The notes under the pieces: model-generated
Seen by the model: only the letters and a program-made list of their open reading frames with translations
Told to the model about the DNA's origin: nothing
Databases searched by the model: none
From: Takakia lepidozioides
Taxonomy: Eukaryota; Plantae; Bryophyta
Length of the DNA: 64,000 bases
Direction of reading: 5' to 3'
Assembly (NCBI GenBank): GCA_030704615.1
Contig: CM060732.1
Location: forward strand, 46,438,001-46,502,000
Shown here: positions 37,557 through 48,600 of the stretch, one piece after another
Position numbering within the stretch: the first letter of the stretch is position 1
Layout of the letters: each line of letters opens with the position of its first letter
Program-made: the position numbers and the translations under genes

Positions 37557-37674
37557 TTCTCCCTCTCTCTCTCTCTCTCTCTCTCTCCAATCTGGTTTTT
37601 GACTTACCCAGGAGTTTTGCCAAGTACATTTCTATTAATATGGATGAACAGAGGGCATTACTCCTATTTTTGCA

Positions 37675-40315
37675 GCCTCTCATTTTACATTAATTGGGAC
37701 GTTATGGCGCACGCGCAAGCTGACCGGTGGGCCCCTCGCACGAACGCCCGGCTCCCCACCCGGACCCGCCCGCCCGCCCGCCGCTGCGCGCGGTTGCCCA
37801 CCTGTTGCTGCAGCCCCACCAGCGCGCCCGCGCTCCGCCGCGCCCGCAGTCCGGCGCGGCCAATCCGCCCGCCAGTCCGTTGCCCGTGAGTCCAGTTCCC
37901 CTCAGTCCGCCAAACCGCCAGTCTGTCGGCCAGTCTGCTGTGCACGCCAGTCCGTTGTGCCAGTCCCCGCAAGTCCACCCAACAGTCAGCTGTGCCCGTC
38001 TGCAAACTGAGGTCGCAGCAGACTGGCGCACGTGAATCTTGCAGCGGACTGCTTGCGAACAGTCCCCTCCGGCGGACTAGCCAGCGGACTTGCCCTTAGG
38101 AGACCGGCAGCAGACTTACCCAGACGTTGCTGGCAGCACACCCGAGCAGACTGACCTTGCACCATACTTGCGCAAGTGAGTCTTCCAGCGGACTTCGCTA
38201 GAGGACATTATCAGCGGACTCGTTTGCCATCAGACTTGCGGAGAGAGTCCCGCAAGGCTGCCATCCACAGCACCAGGTCTGTTGTCCGCTCACGCGCGCA
38301 TATGATGTACGCAACTGGTATACCGTTAAGCCACTCGTCGAAGACCATCAACGTGTACAATGGGAACTGTTCAAATGCAGAATATCAGATGCTGCCAGTG
38401 TGCATACATCCACTACTTCTGCAAGTGGATAAATTGTGAAAGGGATGAAGAGTACCTTGTGGTGGTGATTTGTCCCAAAGATTGCATCGCATGCAACGAT
38501 ACGGGCATGGCCTAATTGAAGCATTCGCTTCTTCTGCCACTCAGTCTGTATGCCGATTGTGAATGTTAAGTCGCCATCGTAGTGCTTGAATCTCCTCTTG
38601 ATAGAAGAAGACCGATTTCGGGTTCTGGTCTTTCCACATGCGGACACTCTCCACATCGTTGGCATGTTTTTTGAACGTTTGCCACGCCCGTTTCTCGGCC
38701 AGGTTGCGCACATCCTGCTCCAGCAAAAAATCGTCCCGTGTCCATGCATCCCCCAACCCGGTGTTGTTCATGACGTAATCTTTATGTTCCATCATGATTT
38801 GGGCGACTGACAGGCCTCGGCAAAGACACTCCATGGCCCATGCTTTCAATTCCTCGCTAATGTGTGGTGCATAGGCGTGGCGAGTGTTCCTGAACTCAAC
38901 GGACTTCCCATGACAGGCGTTCTCTTTCGCGTCAGTATGCCCCATATTGTTATAGTACGTAAGGACACAAATGTCGGGGGCGAGATAGCATTGCTGGACC
39001 TTGAAACAACACTAGCAACCACGCTTGTAAGACTCTCCATATTCCAACTTCTTTCTCCTTGGGCCTTTATGAGGGTGAGATGTTCCAGCACCCACAAGAG
39101 GTCCTCCACGTTTCAGTTTGGGATCCTCCACTATCGCATTGTTGGTGCGCTTGTCATCTGGACCGTAGCAACATTGATACCTGGACATAAAAATCACAAT
39201 GGATATCCATCGACTTCTCGAAGCATGAAATCATAGAACGTGGGTACGAAAAATGGCAACAGACATGCAATCAGACTACAAAAGGACGATGAGGATGGAG
39301 CACACATGATATTGTTCAGAGAACTGCTGGCTCTCGGCTCTTTTAGCATGCCGGGTTGCACTTTAGTATGGACATTCACCCAAAACTGAGTGGGGTAGTC
39401 CACCAAACTCTCCTCTCCAAGGAGAAAGTCATCAACTCTATCCCACGGTATGCAGGCCTTCAGAACATTCTGTCTGGCACCCATATAACCATATTGCATG
39501 TCTCTCTTCCATTGGAGGTCCTTCGTGTTGAAGGGTCCTGGTTTGGGTGGTTGCAAACTTTGTCGAAGAGGCCGTATAATCCAACATCCCTTTTTTAGTA
39601 TATCATCACCTTCTGCTTCCACGTCCAAGCCCTGTACAGTACAGAGGACACGCTTCAGAACCTACAAGAAACGCGCCGCAGTACACTGGACACGATGGAC
39701 AACGTGCAAGGAGCATCTGTGCGCACGTTTACGGCTGCTGGCAAGTGGCAGACGACTTAGAATTCATGCCCTAAAAATGGAGGGCTCAGATGGCATTTGC
39801 GAACGGACGGTCCAAATGCGGCATCAGCAGTGGACTGGAGGAAAGCGGACTCATGGGCGGCGGACTGGCGGGCAGACTGTTGGGTGGACTGGCACAACGG
39901 ATTGGCATGGATGGCGCAGATGGGTTTCTCAGAATGGACGATCCAGATCCTTCGGCCGGCGCGGACTGGCATACTGGCAGACTGGGAGGCAGCAGACGGG
40001 CACAGCGGACTGTTGGGTGGACTTGCGGGGACTGGCAGAGCGGACTGGCGTGCACGGCAGACTGGCGGTTTGGCGGACTGAGGGGAACTGGACTCACGGG
40101 CAGCGGACTGGCGGGCGGACTGGCTGCGGCGGAGAGTGGGCAGGGCTGCCGCGGGCGCGGCTAGTGGGGCCGTGGCAGCAGGTGGGCGACTGCGTGCAGC
40201 GGCGGGCGGGGGGGGGGGGGTGGTCCGGGTGGGGGGAGCCGGGCGTCCGTGCGCGGGGCCCACCGGTCAGCTCGCGCGTGCGCCATAACGTCCCAATTAT
40301 TGTAAAATGAGAGGC
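37675..40315 (-). mobile_element. Mutator-like (MULE) DNA transposon, internally deleted, with long GC-rich TIRs and a 9-bp TSD
   Basis: TIR GCCTCTCATTTTACA.TAATTGGGACGTTATGGCGCACGCGC... extending ~330 bp; perfect TSD ATTTTTGCA at 37666-37674 and 40316-40324. Confidence 0.93.
38290..39628 (-). pseudogene. MULE transposase-like / SWIM-family (At4g13970/At1g60560-like) pseudogene inside the MULE
   Basis: Exon 39628-39306, GT-AG intron, exon from 39180: IPWDRVDDFLLGEE, YQCCYGPDD, KRGC*CCF (stop 39012-39014), CHG, YAPHISEEL, RDDFL, FTIGIQTEWQ, CDAIFGTN, VFDEWLNGIPVAYII; C-terminal half missing. Confidence 0.85.
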
Positions 40316-41239
40316 ATTTTTGCAAATCCCTAATTAGGGTTCTGAATATTAAGAATGCATGAGGCACATGTCATAACCAGCTAGAGAGTTCCTTGAGAGT
40401 TCCTCAAGTGGTTGGGGCCCTCTAATAAACACCACCACCTACTAGTTGGGTCTTCAAAGCCATAGGAGGTGGCCCTTAATGAGCTGGGTCTCTTTCCCCT
40501 GCACCTTTATTCCTTCAAGAGTATGGAAAGAGAAGAGCAGCTCAGCACTGTTCATCTCAAAGGAGGAAGGGTGCTGCAAGAGGGAAGGAGGAGACTGACT
40601 ACAATGGCCTCTTCCTCAAGGAACAGCCAGCTAGAAAAACTGAGCAAACAGGTTCCTCACTACTTCATTTGCAGTTGTTTTGCTACTGCAATGTTTTTGT
40701 TTCTCATTTTAGACTTCAGCTCCAATCTCAGCTCCAATCTCCTATTAGCTTCTCTCTCTCTCTCTCTCTCTCGGATCCTCATTTCAATCCTCCTTCAGTT
40801 CAGCATTATGAAGGTCTTTCTTTCTCTTTTTGAATGAGAGATCCTCATGTCAATCTTCCTTTTAGTTCAGCCCACATACTTGAACTATCAACATTTCAAT
40901 ACTCCCATTTTGATGTAGAGAAAGAATGCTTAGGGATAGGGTTTCCATCAATTTGGGTTCAGGAAATGACTCGGCATCACCTACAATGCATAAGTCTAAG
41001 AAAGAATTGTCATTTTGGGTAGTTTTCTCACCTCCGGAAGGTGACGTGTTGCAGCATCCAGATCCAATAGGGTATGGGCTTGCCAGTGAGGCATTTGTGG
41101 AGCCAGCTGGGCCTGACTGCATCATTTCTTGGACAACCAAGACCAATCAGACTACTTGGCTTACAGGTCAGCCTGTACCACCTCTGGATCTGTAATTGCA
41201 GGAGTTAACCTTAGCTCCGATTAAATACATTGGGGCCAA

Positions 41240-42130
41240 TGGAATGCTTGAAGCAGGAAAATATGCTGCGAATTGTTCATAAGCTTTGGGTCCATTTAGC
41301 TGTCAGAGCCACAAAATGACACATACTATGGGCAAAGACTGTATGCTTGGCTGTACCCTGTTCCCATCGAAAGAGGTCAAGAAATTGACTAAGGATTGCA
41401 CGGTTATGGGTGTGGTGGGGAGGCTTGCAAGATCTATGAGCGAATACAGCGGGAAGGGGTGACACCTGACAGGGTCATATTCACTTGCATTCTCAATGCT
41501 GGTGCCAGCCTACAAGCCCTAGAAATGGGCAAACACGTCTAAGTCAATGGTGGAACAATCGAGGCAAAAAGGTGAATGTCTGTTGGAAGCAGACGCAAGT
41601 CAGCATATGAACTAGTGTGATAAGTAGGGTTGGGATGTTTGTTGGAACAATTCTAGGCTGTCATTGTCAGCTGCTAGCAGCAAGAGCAAGGATATATCAT
41701 GGATAGCTGAAGGAGCAGGGATAGAGTGTGGGTCCAGATTCATCCAAGAGGAGTGAAGCCCGCCCACATAACGTTTGTGTGCGTTTGCAGTGCATCTGGC
41801 AGCCCTGGAAAAGGGCAAAGAGATCCATGGTAACATCATCAAATCTACAATTGTACCAGATGTGATCCTAAACACTGCTCTGGTGGACATGTATGCCAAA
41901 TGTGTGAGCATTGAGGATGCGGAGGGAGTGTTCAACACTATGGCTGAACAAGATGTGGTGTCGTGGAACGCAATGCTTGCAGGGTGTGCACAACAGGGGC
42001 GCGGAAGGGGGCTTTGGAGACCTATGAGCAAATGATGGGGGAAGGGGTGCATGGTTGCATCAAAGCTGGAATTGTACCAGATGTGATTCTGAACAATACC
42101 CTCGTGGACATGTTTCAAGCACAAGATTAC
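41240..42130 (+). pseudogene. Degenerate PLS-PPR fragments
   Basis: LAALEKGKEIHGNIIKSTIVPDVILNTALVDMYAKC..AEGVFNTMAEQDVVSWNAMLAGC (41775-42035) with frameshifts; further PPR-like traces 41240-41540. Confidence 0.8.
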
Positions 42131-42871
42131 GTATGATTCCTTGTGGATCAATAGCTACAAGAAACCTGCATGGGTAGATGGTCAACTAAAGGCAGCAGCT
42201 GCAGCGGCATAGTCGATAAAATCAGGCGCCTCAACCATGACCACAACTTCTGGAAGAGGATCAAGAGAGAGAGTCCACAATGCCTCTTCTGGCACTTTCT
42301 GGGCATGTGAAGATGCTTTCTGAGGCAGGCAGGCTGAAAGAGGCTCTACAGACTTTAAACCAGGGAGGCATTTCAGCAGATTCAGATACGTAGGTCTGTC
42401 TCTTGCATAACACTACAACAGATTGCGGCTTTTACGACTCCCATGGGTGCGCAGTCATGACAGATTTGTGGCAGAAATGCCATTTGCAGTCGTAAAATGC
42501 TTTTGAAGTCATAATGCAGGTCTGGGGAAGGCGTATATGCAACTGCATGGCTCCGGACTCTGCGGAACACAGGTCAAACATGTTTGACCATGAATATTGG
42601 CATGGCAGATATGACTACCAGTTACGGTCATGGCTACACTAGAATGACGTGTGTATATTGCTAGAAAGACATATGACTTCATGACTCTCACTCTAATGCA
42701 TTCTGCCAGATCATCACATGGATGAATCACTACATGACTGCACATGTCAACACATGCTTTTCTGGTTATATATATAATATATGAGTATTTATATTTTGAA
42801 AAAACGGAGACTCTGACCACTAGAATCAATTTAAAAAAAAAACAAAATGCAATTTAAAAAAAAAAAAAAAA

Positions 42872-43080
42872 ACACATCGGCTGGTAAGTGCACAGTGTGT
42901 CGCCCTGGTGGTTTGGGGTTCAAACCCGCTGCCTTATCCCGTGTGTGGGATTGTTCGTGACAGTATGTCTGGGCGTTGATCGTCATGTACGTCTTATGGC
43001 CCATAAATGAAGGCGGGTGAATTTTCCCCCCTCCTCAAGGACCTGTGGTTTCCTTTAAGAAAAGAAAAAAAAGAAAAAAA
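42872..43080 (+). mobile_element. Probable tRNA-derived SINE nested in the CACTA element
   Basis: B-box GGGTTCAAACCC (~42916-42927), weak upstream A-box, ~190-bp body, A-rich tail and A-rich flank. Confidence 0.45.
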
Positions 43081-43334
43081 TCAAAGAGGGCTTTTAGGGT
43101 TTACAAAAAGGTTAAAAAACTTAAAAAGTTGCCCATCACGGTAGCGTGAACAGACTTAGAGCGAGCGGGAGGGAGAGAGAGAGGGTTGGGACTTAGAGCA
43201 GCGAGCGGGAGAGAGGGCAAACATGCATGGGAGGCCCGCAGTTGGATCAACCTTCGCATTTGGAGCAAGCAACTAGAAACGCTACGGTATGTGTGCGAGG
43301 AGGTTTCGGCTGGGAGCCCGCCGTTCTTGGGAAG

Positions 43335-44220
43335 TCAGCTTCGTCTTAGCGGCCGTGTTTCAATCTCTACCCGCTCGGCCCTGATTTTACAGCACGGAGC
43401 AGAGCTGGCATGAGTTTCTAAAAGATCCTTCACGATGGTGGGATTCCGCAATCGCAAGGTGTGGCTTTTTCTTAATGTACGATGTGAAGAAGTTTGTCCA
43501 TCCTGCAATGTGGGTTGTTGGCTCCTGTTAGTACCATGATTTGGTATTCTTCCTGATGTTTACAAGGTTCTTGGGAGAGTTAGCTTGGTCTTAGCAGGCC
43601 GTGTTTCAATCTCTGCCCACTCAGCTGCACCGTGGTGGTTCTCACTGACCAATCTGACATTACCTGACTACAGAAAAAGCAGCACACTGAAGAGGTCCTC
43701 TTGGGTTCATGGTCAGTCAAATCCTCCATGGGCCATGACACAAGGTCGAGGACAATGTGGTGAGGGCACCTTCTTCTTCGACCTATTTCAGCCTATTTTG
43801 CCCTCTCATCAGACTCGGCCCTTCATTTGCAGAGTTGGCATGAGATTTTTAAAGATCCTTCACGATGGTGCGACAACCGCAATGGCAAGGTGTGGCTTTT
43901 CCTTAATGTACGATGTGAAGAAGTTTGTCCATCCTGCAAATGTGGGCTGTTGGCTCCTGTTAGTACCATGATTTGGTATTCTTCCTGATGTTTCAAGGTT
44001 CTTGGGAGAGTCAGCTTGGTCTTAGCAGGCCGTGTTTCAATCTCTGCCTGCTCATCTGCACCGTGCTGGTTCTCACAGACCAATCCGACATTACCTGACT
44101 ACAAGACACAAGCAGCACACACAAGAGGTCCTTTTGGGTTGATGGTTGGTCAAATCCTCTATGGGTTCTTCTTCGACCTATTTCAGCCTGTTTTGCCCTC
44201 TCATCAGACTCGGCCTTGAG
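43335..44220 (+). repeat. Tandem segmental repeat, 3 partial units of up to ~430 bp
   Basis: AGCTT.GTCTTAGC.GGCCGTGTTTCAATCTCT recurs at ~43337, 43582 and 44013 with shared downstream sequence. Confidence 0.85.
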
Positions 44221-44679
44221 ATGCATATTGAATTATGTAAGTTAGCTCGTTGCTCATTGATAAGTAGGGTTGGGGGTGTTTGTTGGAATGATTGTTGTAT
44301 GCATGATTTTGTGCAGAGGCATAGATAGCTGAAGGAGCAGGGATAGAGTGTGGAAGAGGGCCAGATTTCAAGCTCCAGATTATCTATGATTCCCTGTGGA
44401 AGGATAGATACAAGAAACCTACATGGGTAGATGGTCAATTGGAAGCCGCAGCAGCAGCAGCACAATTGATACAATCAAGCACTGCTAATGAAGGCACCTT
44501 CTGAAACACATTTCACCCTATTTTCCCCTCTTATCAGAATCGGCCCTAAATTTTCATGTTCAATTCTGCAAGTTAGCTGGTTGAGTGAATCTAGTTGGAG
44601 TGACTTTGACATGATACTGCCAATGTGACAAGAGTATGCATTGAACCCATTGGTAGCGGGATATTGGGATATCTCTTGG

Positions 44680-45680
44680 CCATGTGCCATCGTCAAAGCT
44701 GAAACTGTACTAGTTGTCATTCTGACCACTGCCCTAGTGGACATGTATGCCAAATGTGGGTGCAGCAAGCCTGATGCAAAGGGAGAGTTCGACAACATGG
44801 CTAAATGAGATGTGGTGTTGTGGACTGCCATGATTGTAAGGTGTGTGTAGCATAGGTGTGGGAGTAAGGCTTTGGAAACCTAAGAACAAATGATGTGGGA
44901 AAGGATGAAGCCAAACCAGGTCATGTTCATTTGTGTTTGTTAATATGCATATGCGAGCCTAGCAGCCCTGGGAAGGGGCCAAGAGGTTCATGGTGACATC
45001 ATCAAAGCTGGAATTGTACCTGATGTCATTCTGAACATTCCCCTGGTGTACATGTATGTCAAATGCGAGCCTGGTAGCCCTGGAAAGGACGCAAAGGTCC
45101 ATTATCAAATCTGGAATTGTACCACTAGATGTCACTCTAAACACTGCCTTGGTGGATATGTATGTCAAATGCACGCCTGGCAGCCCTGAAAAAGGGTACA
45201 GAGGTCCACGGTGATATTGTCAAAGTTGGTATTGTATTTGATGTGATTCTGAACGTTGCCGTAGTGGACATGTATGCCAAGGTTGCAGGGTGCAACTACA
45301 AGGATACATGGTTGTTTTGATAATATGGCTGAATGAGATGTGGTACCAGCCTAGCCCATAATTGCACTTACCTAGAGTAGGCAATGAGTGAAGACGGGGT
45401 TTGTGATGTTGATCGTCCAAGCTGGAATTAAACAAATGTTGTTCTGAACTATGCCCTTGTGGACTTGTATGCCAAATTGGGGTGCATGGAGGATGATGAT
45501 CCCAGGATATGCACAACAGCGGCACGGGATGGAGGCCCTTTGGAGAGGTCTATGAGCAAGTGGTGTGGGAAGGGATACTGCAGCGCGACCACATCGCGTT
45601 TGTTACATTTGCAACATGTGTGCAAGCCTGGCAGCCCTGCAAAATAGCAAAGAGGTTCGTGGTGGAATTGTACTAGATGT
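44680..45680 (+). pseudogene. PPR motif fragments carried inside the CACTA element
   Basis: Repeated GCAGCCCTGGAA...GGTCCATGGTGACATC..AAAGCTGGAATTGTACC.GATGTCATTCTGAAC..GTGGACATGTATG nucleotide motifs of the local PPR family, with no open frame. Confidence 0.8.
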
Positions 45681-48600
45681 CGATCTGAACTTTGACATGA
45701 TGCCAATGTGACAACAGGAAAGTATCCAGAAACAGGTCACAGAGACGAGGAGAAGTTGTGGAATGGTGGGACAACCGAGGGAAAAAGGTTAATGCCTGTT
45801 AGATTATAGAGGGCAGACGCAATTCAGCATAGGAACTAGTGTGATAAGCTGAGTTGGGTGTTTCCTAGAACAAATGTAGGCTGTCATTATCAGCTGCAAG
45901 GCAAGGAAGTATGCATGATTTGTGCAGAAGCAGTGATAGCTGAAAGAGCAGGGATAGAGTATGGGTCCAGATTCATCCAAGAGGGCCAGATTTCAAGCAC
46001 ATGATTACCTATGATTACTTGTGGATTTAGCTATAAGAAACCTGCATGGGTAGATAGTGAACTGGAAGCCGCAGGAGTAGCGGCACAATTGATAAAATCA
46101 AGCACTGCTAATAAAGGCACCTTCTTCAACACATTTCACCCTGTTTTTCCCTCTTATTAGAACCGGCCCTAAATTTCTATGTCTGCAAGTTAGCTAGTTG
46201 AGTGAATCTAGTTTGGAGTGACTTTGACATGATATTGCCAATGTGACAACAGGAAAGTATCGAAAAACAGTTAACGGAGATGAGGGGAAGCTGTGGAATG
46301 AATACTTTTCTGACCCCAGTCAATGGTGGGACAACCGAGGCAAAAAGGTAAATGCCTGTTGGATTACAGAGAGTAACAGATGCAATTGAGAATATGAACT
46401 AGTGTGGTAAGTTGAGTTGGGTGTTTGCTGGAACAAATGTAGGCTGTCATTATCAGCTGCTAACAGCAATGTAAGGATATATGCATGATCTATGCAGAGG
46501 CATGGGTAGCTGAAGGAGCAGGGATAGAGTGTGGGTCCAGATCATCCAAGAAAGCCGGATTTCAAGCTCCAGATTACCTATGATTCCCTGTGGAAGGATA
46601 GCTACAAGAAACCTGCATGGGTAGATGGTCATGGGTAGATGGTAGATAGTTTGGAGTGATTTTGATATGATACTGCCAAAGTGACAATAAAAAAGTATCC
46701 ATAAACAGGTAACAGTAGCAGATGCAATTCAGCACAGGCACTAAGGCAAACTCTCATTCCCCGTAAGGGTGTGTTTTGGTATCTGAGCGAATAAATATTT
46801 TATCTAAGAATATAATTTCAAAAATTCGTTATTTAATAATGTGCCACTGTCCCATGTTGGTCAGTAATAATAATTATAATAACAAATAATTATAATAATT
46901 ATTTTAGTAATTATAATAACAATAAAGTAAATCTACAACCCCCAACAGCGACGCGTGTCAATTGACATGAGGAACCACGTGTCAAAATCACGATGCGACA
47001 CATGCTGACGTCTGATTCCCTCCTCTGCAGTCGGATGGCGTCGTAGTTTGACACGTGGCGTGTTCTGTAGAGAGTACGTGTCTCTATTACACAGCGGCTG
47101 ACATGGACCCGTTCAGTCATTCAGTAATGCCAGCGTGTATGACTACCCCCACAGCTGCTCTGGCGCCACGTGACAGCCAGCCTGGAGAGTCATATCTGCC
47201 ATGTCACAACTGACTAGGTCTTTACGTCTGCAGAGTCAGGAAGTCGTAAATGGCTTCCATGACTGCATTTGCAGTCATAACACAGAGACGTAAAAGCCGC
47301 AATTTGTTGTAGTGTAAGTGCAGAAGATGAAAGGCCTTGAAGCTGGAAAGCAGGTGCACACTCACATTATCCAAAGTGGATTCACGCCAAATGTTTTTCT
47401 ACTCAACACCCTTTGTCAACATGTATGTTAAGTGCGGGAGCATCACATGTGGATGCTCACCAAGTGTTCAACAAAATGCTTCAACGACCAAGCAAGGGTG
47501 TGGTACGAATGCTTTGGAGACCTATGAGCAACTGATGCGCGAAGGGGTGAAACCCAACTACATCACATTCGTTTGTGTTTGCAATGTGTGTGCAAGCCTG
47601 GGAGCCCTGGAAAAGGGGAAAGAGGTCCATGGTGACATCGTCAAAGCTGGAATTGTACCAGATATCATTCTGAACACTGCCCTGGTGGACATGTAGGCCA
47701 AATGTGGGTGTATTAAGGATGCAAAGGCAGTTTTCAACAATATGGCTGAACGAGATGTGGTGTCGTGCCGCGCGATGCTTGCAGGGTATGCACAACAGGG
47801 ATGTGGGGTGGAGGCTTTGGAGACCTATGAGCAAATGATGGGGGAAGGGGTGAAGCCCAACTAGATCACGTTTTGCAATGCATTTGCAAGCCTGGGAGCC
47901 TTGGAAAAGGAGAAAGAGGTCCATGGTGACATCGTCAAAGCTGGAATTGTACCAGATGTCATTCTGAACATTGCCCTAGTGGACATATAGGCCAAATGTG
48001 GGTGCATTGAGGATGCAAAGGCAGTTTTCATCAATATGGCTGAACGAGATGTGGTGTCGTGCCGCGCGATGCTTGCAGGGTATACACAGCAGGGATGTGG
48101 GGTGGAGGCTTTGGAGACCTATGAGCAAATGATGGGGGAAGGGGTGAAGCCCAACTAGATCACGTTTTGCAATGCGTGTGCAAGCCTGTGAGCCCTGGAA
48201 AAAGGGAAAGAGGTCCATGGTGACATCGTCAAAGATGGAATTGTACCAGATGTCATTCTGACCACCGCCCTGGTGGACGTGTATGCCAAATGTGGGTGCA
48301 TTAAGGATGCAAAGGCAATTTTCGACAAGTTGAACGAGATGTGGTGTTGTGGAACGCGATGCTTGCAGGGTATGCACAGCAGGGGCGCGAGATAGAGGCT
48401 TTGGAGACCTGAAGGTGGAAGGGGTGAAGCCCGACCACATCACGTTTGTGTGCGTTTGTAGTGCGAGTGTAAGCCTGGCAACACTGGAAAAGGGCAAAGA
48501 GGTGCATGGTTGCATCGCCAATGCTGCTGGAATTGTACCAGATATGATTATGAACAATACCCTCATGGACATGTATGCAAAATGTGGGTGCATCGAGGAT

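Larger units (their letters stand above)
42411..47314. mobile_element. Non-autonomous CACTA (En/Spm) element, Pack-CACTA type
   Basis: TIRs CACTACAACAGATTGCGGCTTTTACG (42411) and CGTAAAAGCCGCAATTTGTTGTAGTG (ends 47314); 3-bp TSD TAA at 42408-42410 and 47315-47317; GCAGTCAT-type subterminal repeats; no transposase ORF. Confidence 0.92.

Noticed and set aside
37599-38035. GC-rich ORFs of 90-270 aa here and at 39498-40367
   Set aside because: They fall in the GC-rich MULE TIRs, where stops are rare; low-complexity products with no recognisable domain.
40603-41195. Possible small two-exon gene (MASSSRNSQLEKLSKQ plus ORF 40926-41195)
   Set aside because: Splice phases could not be reconciled and I recognise no family; needs BLAST or RNA-seq.
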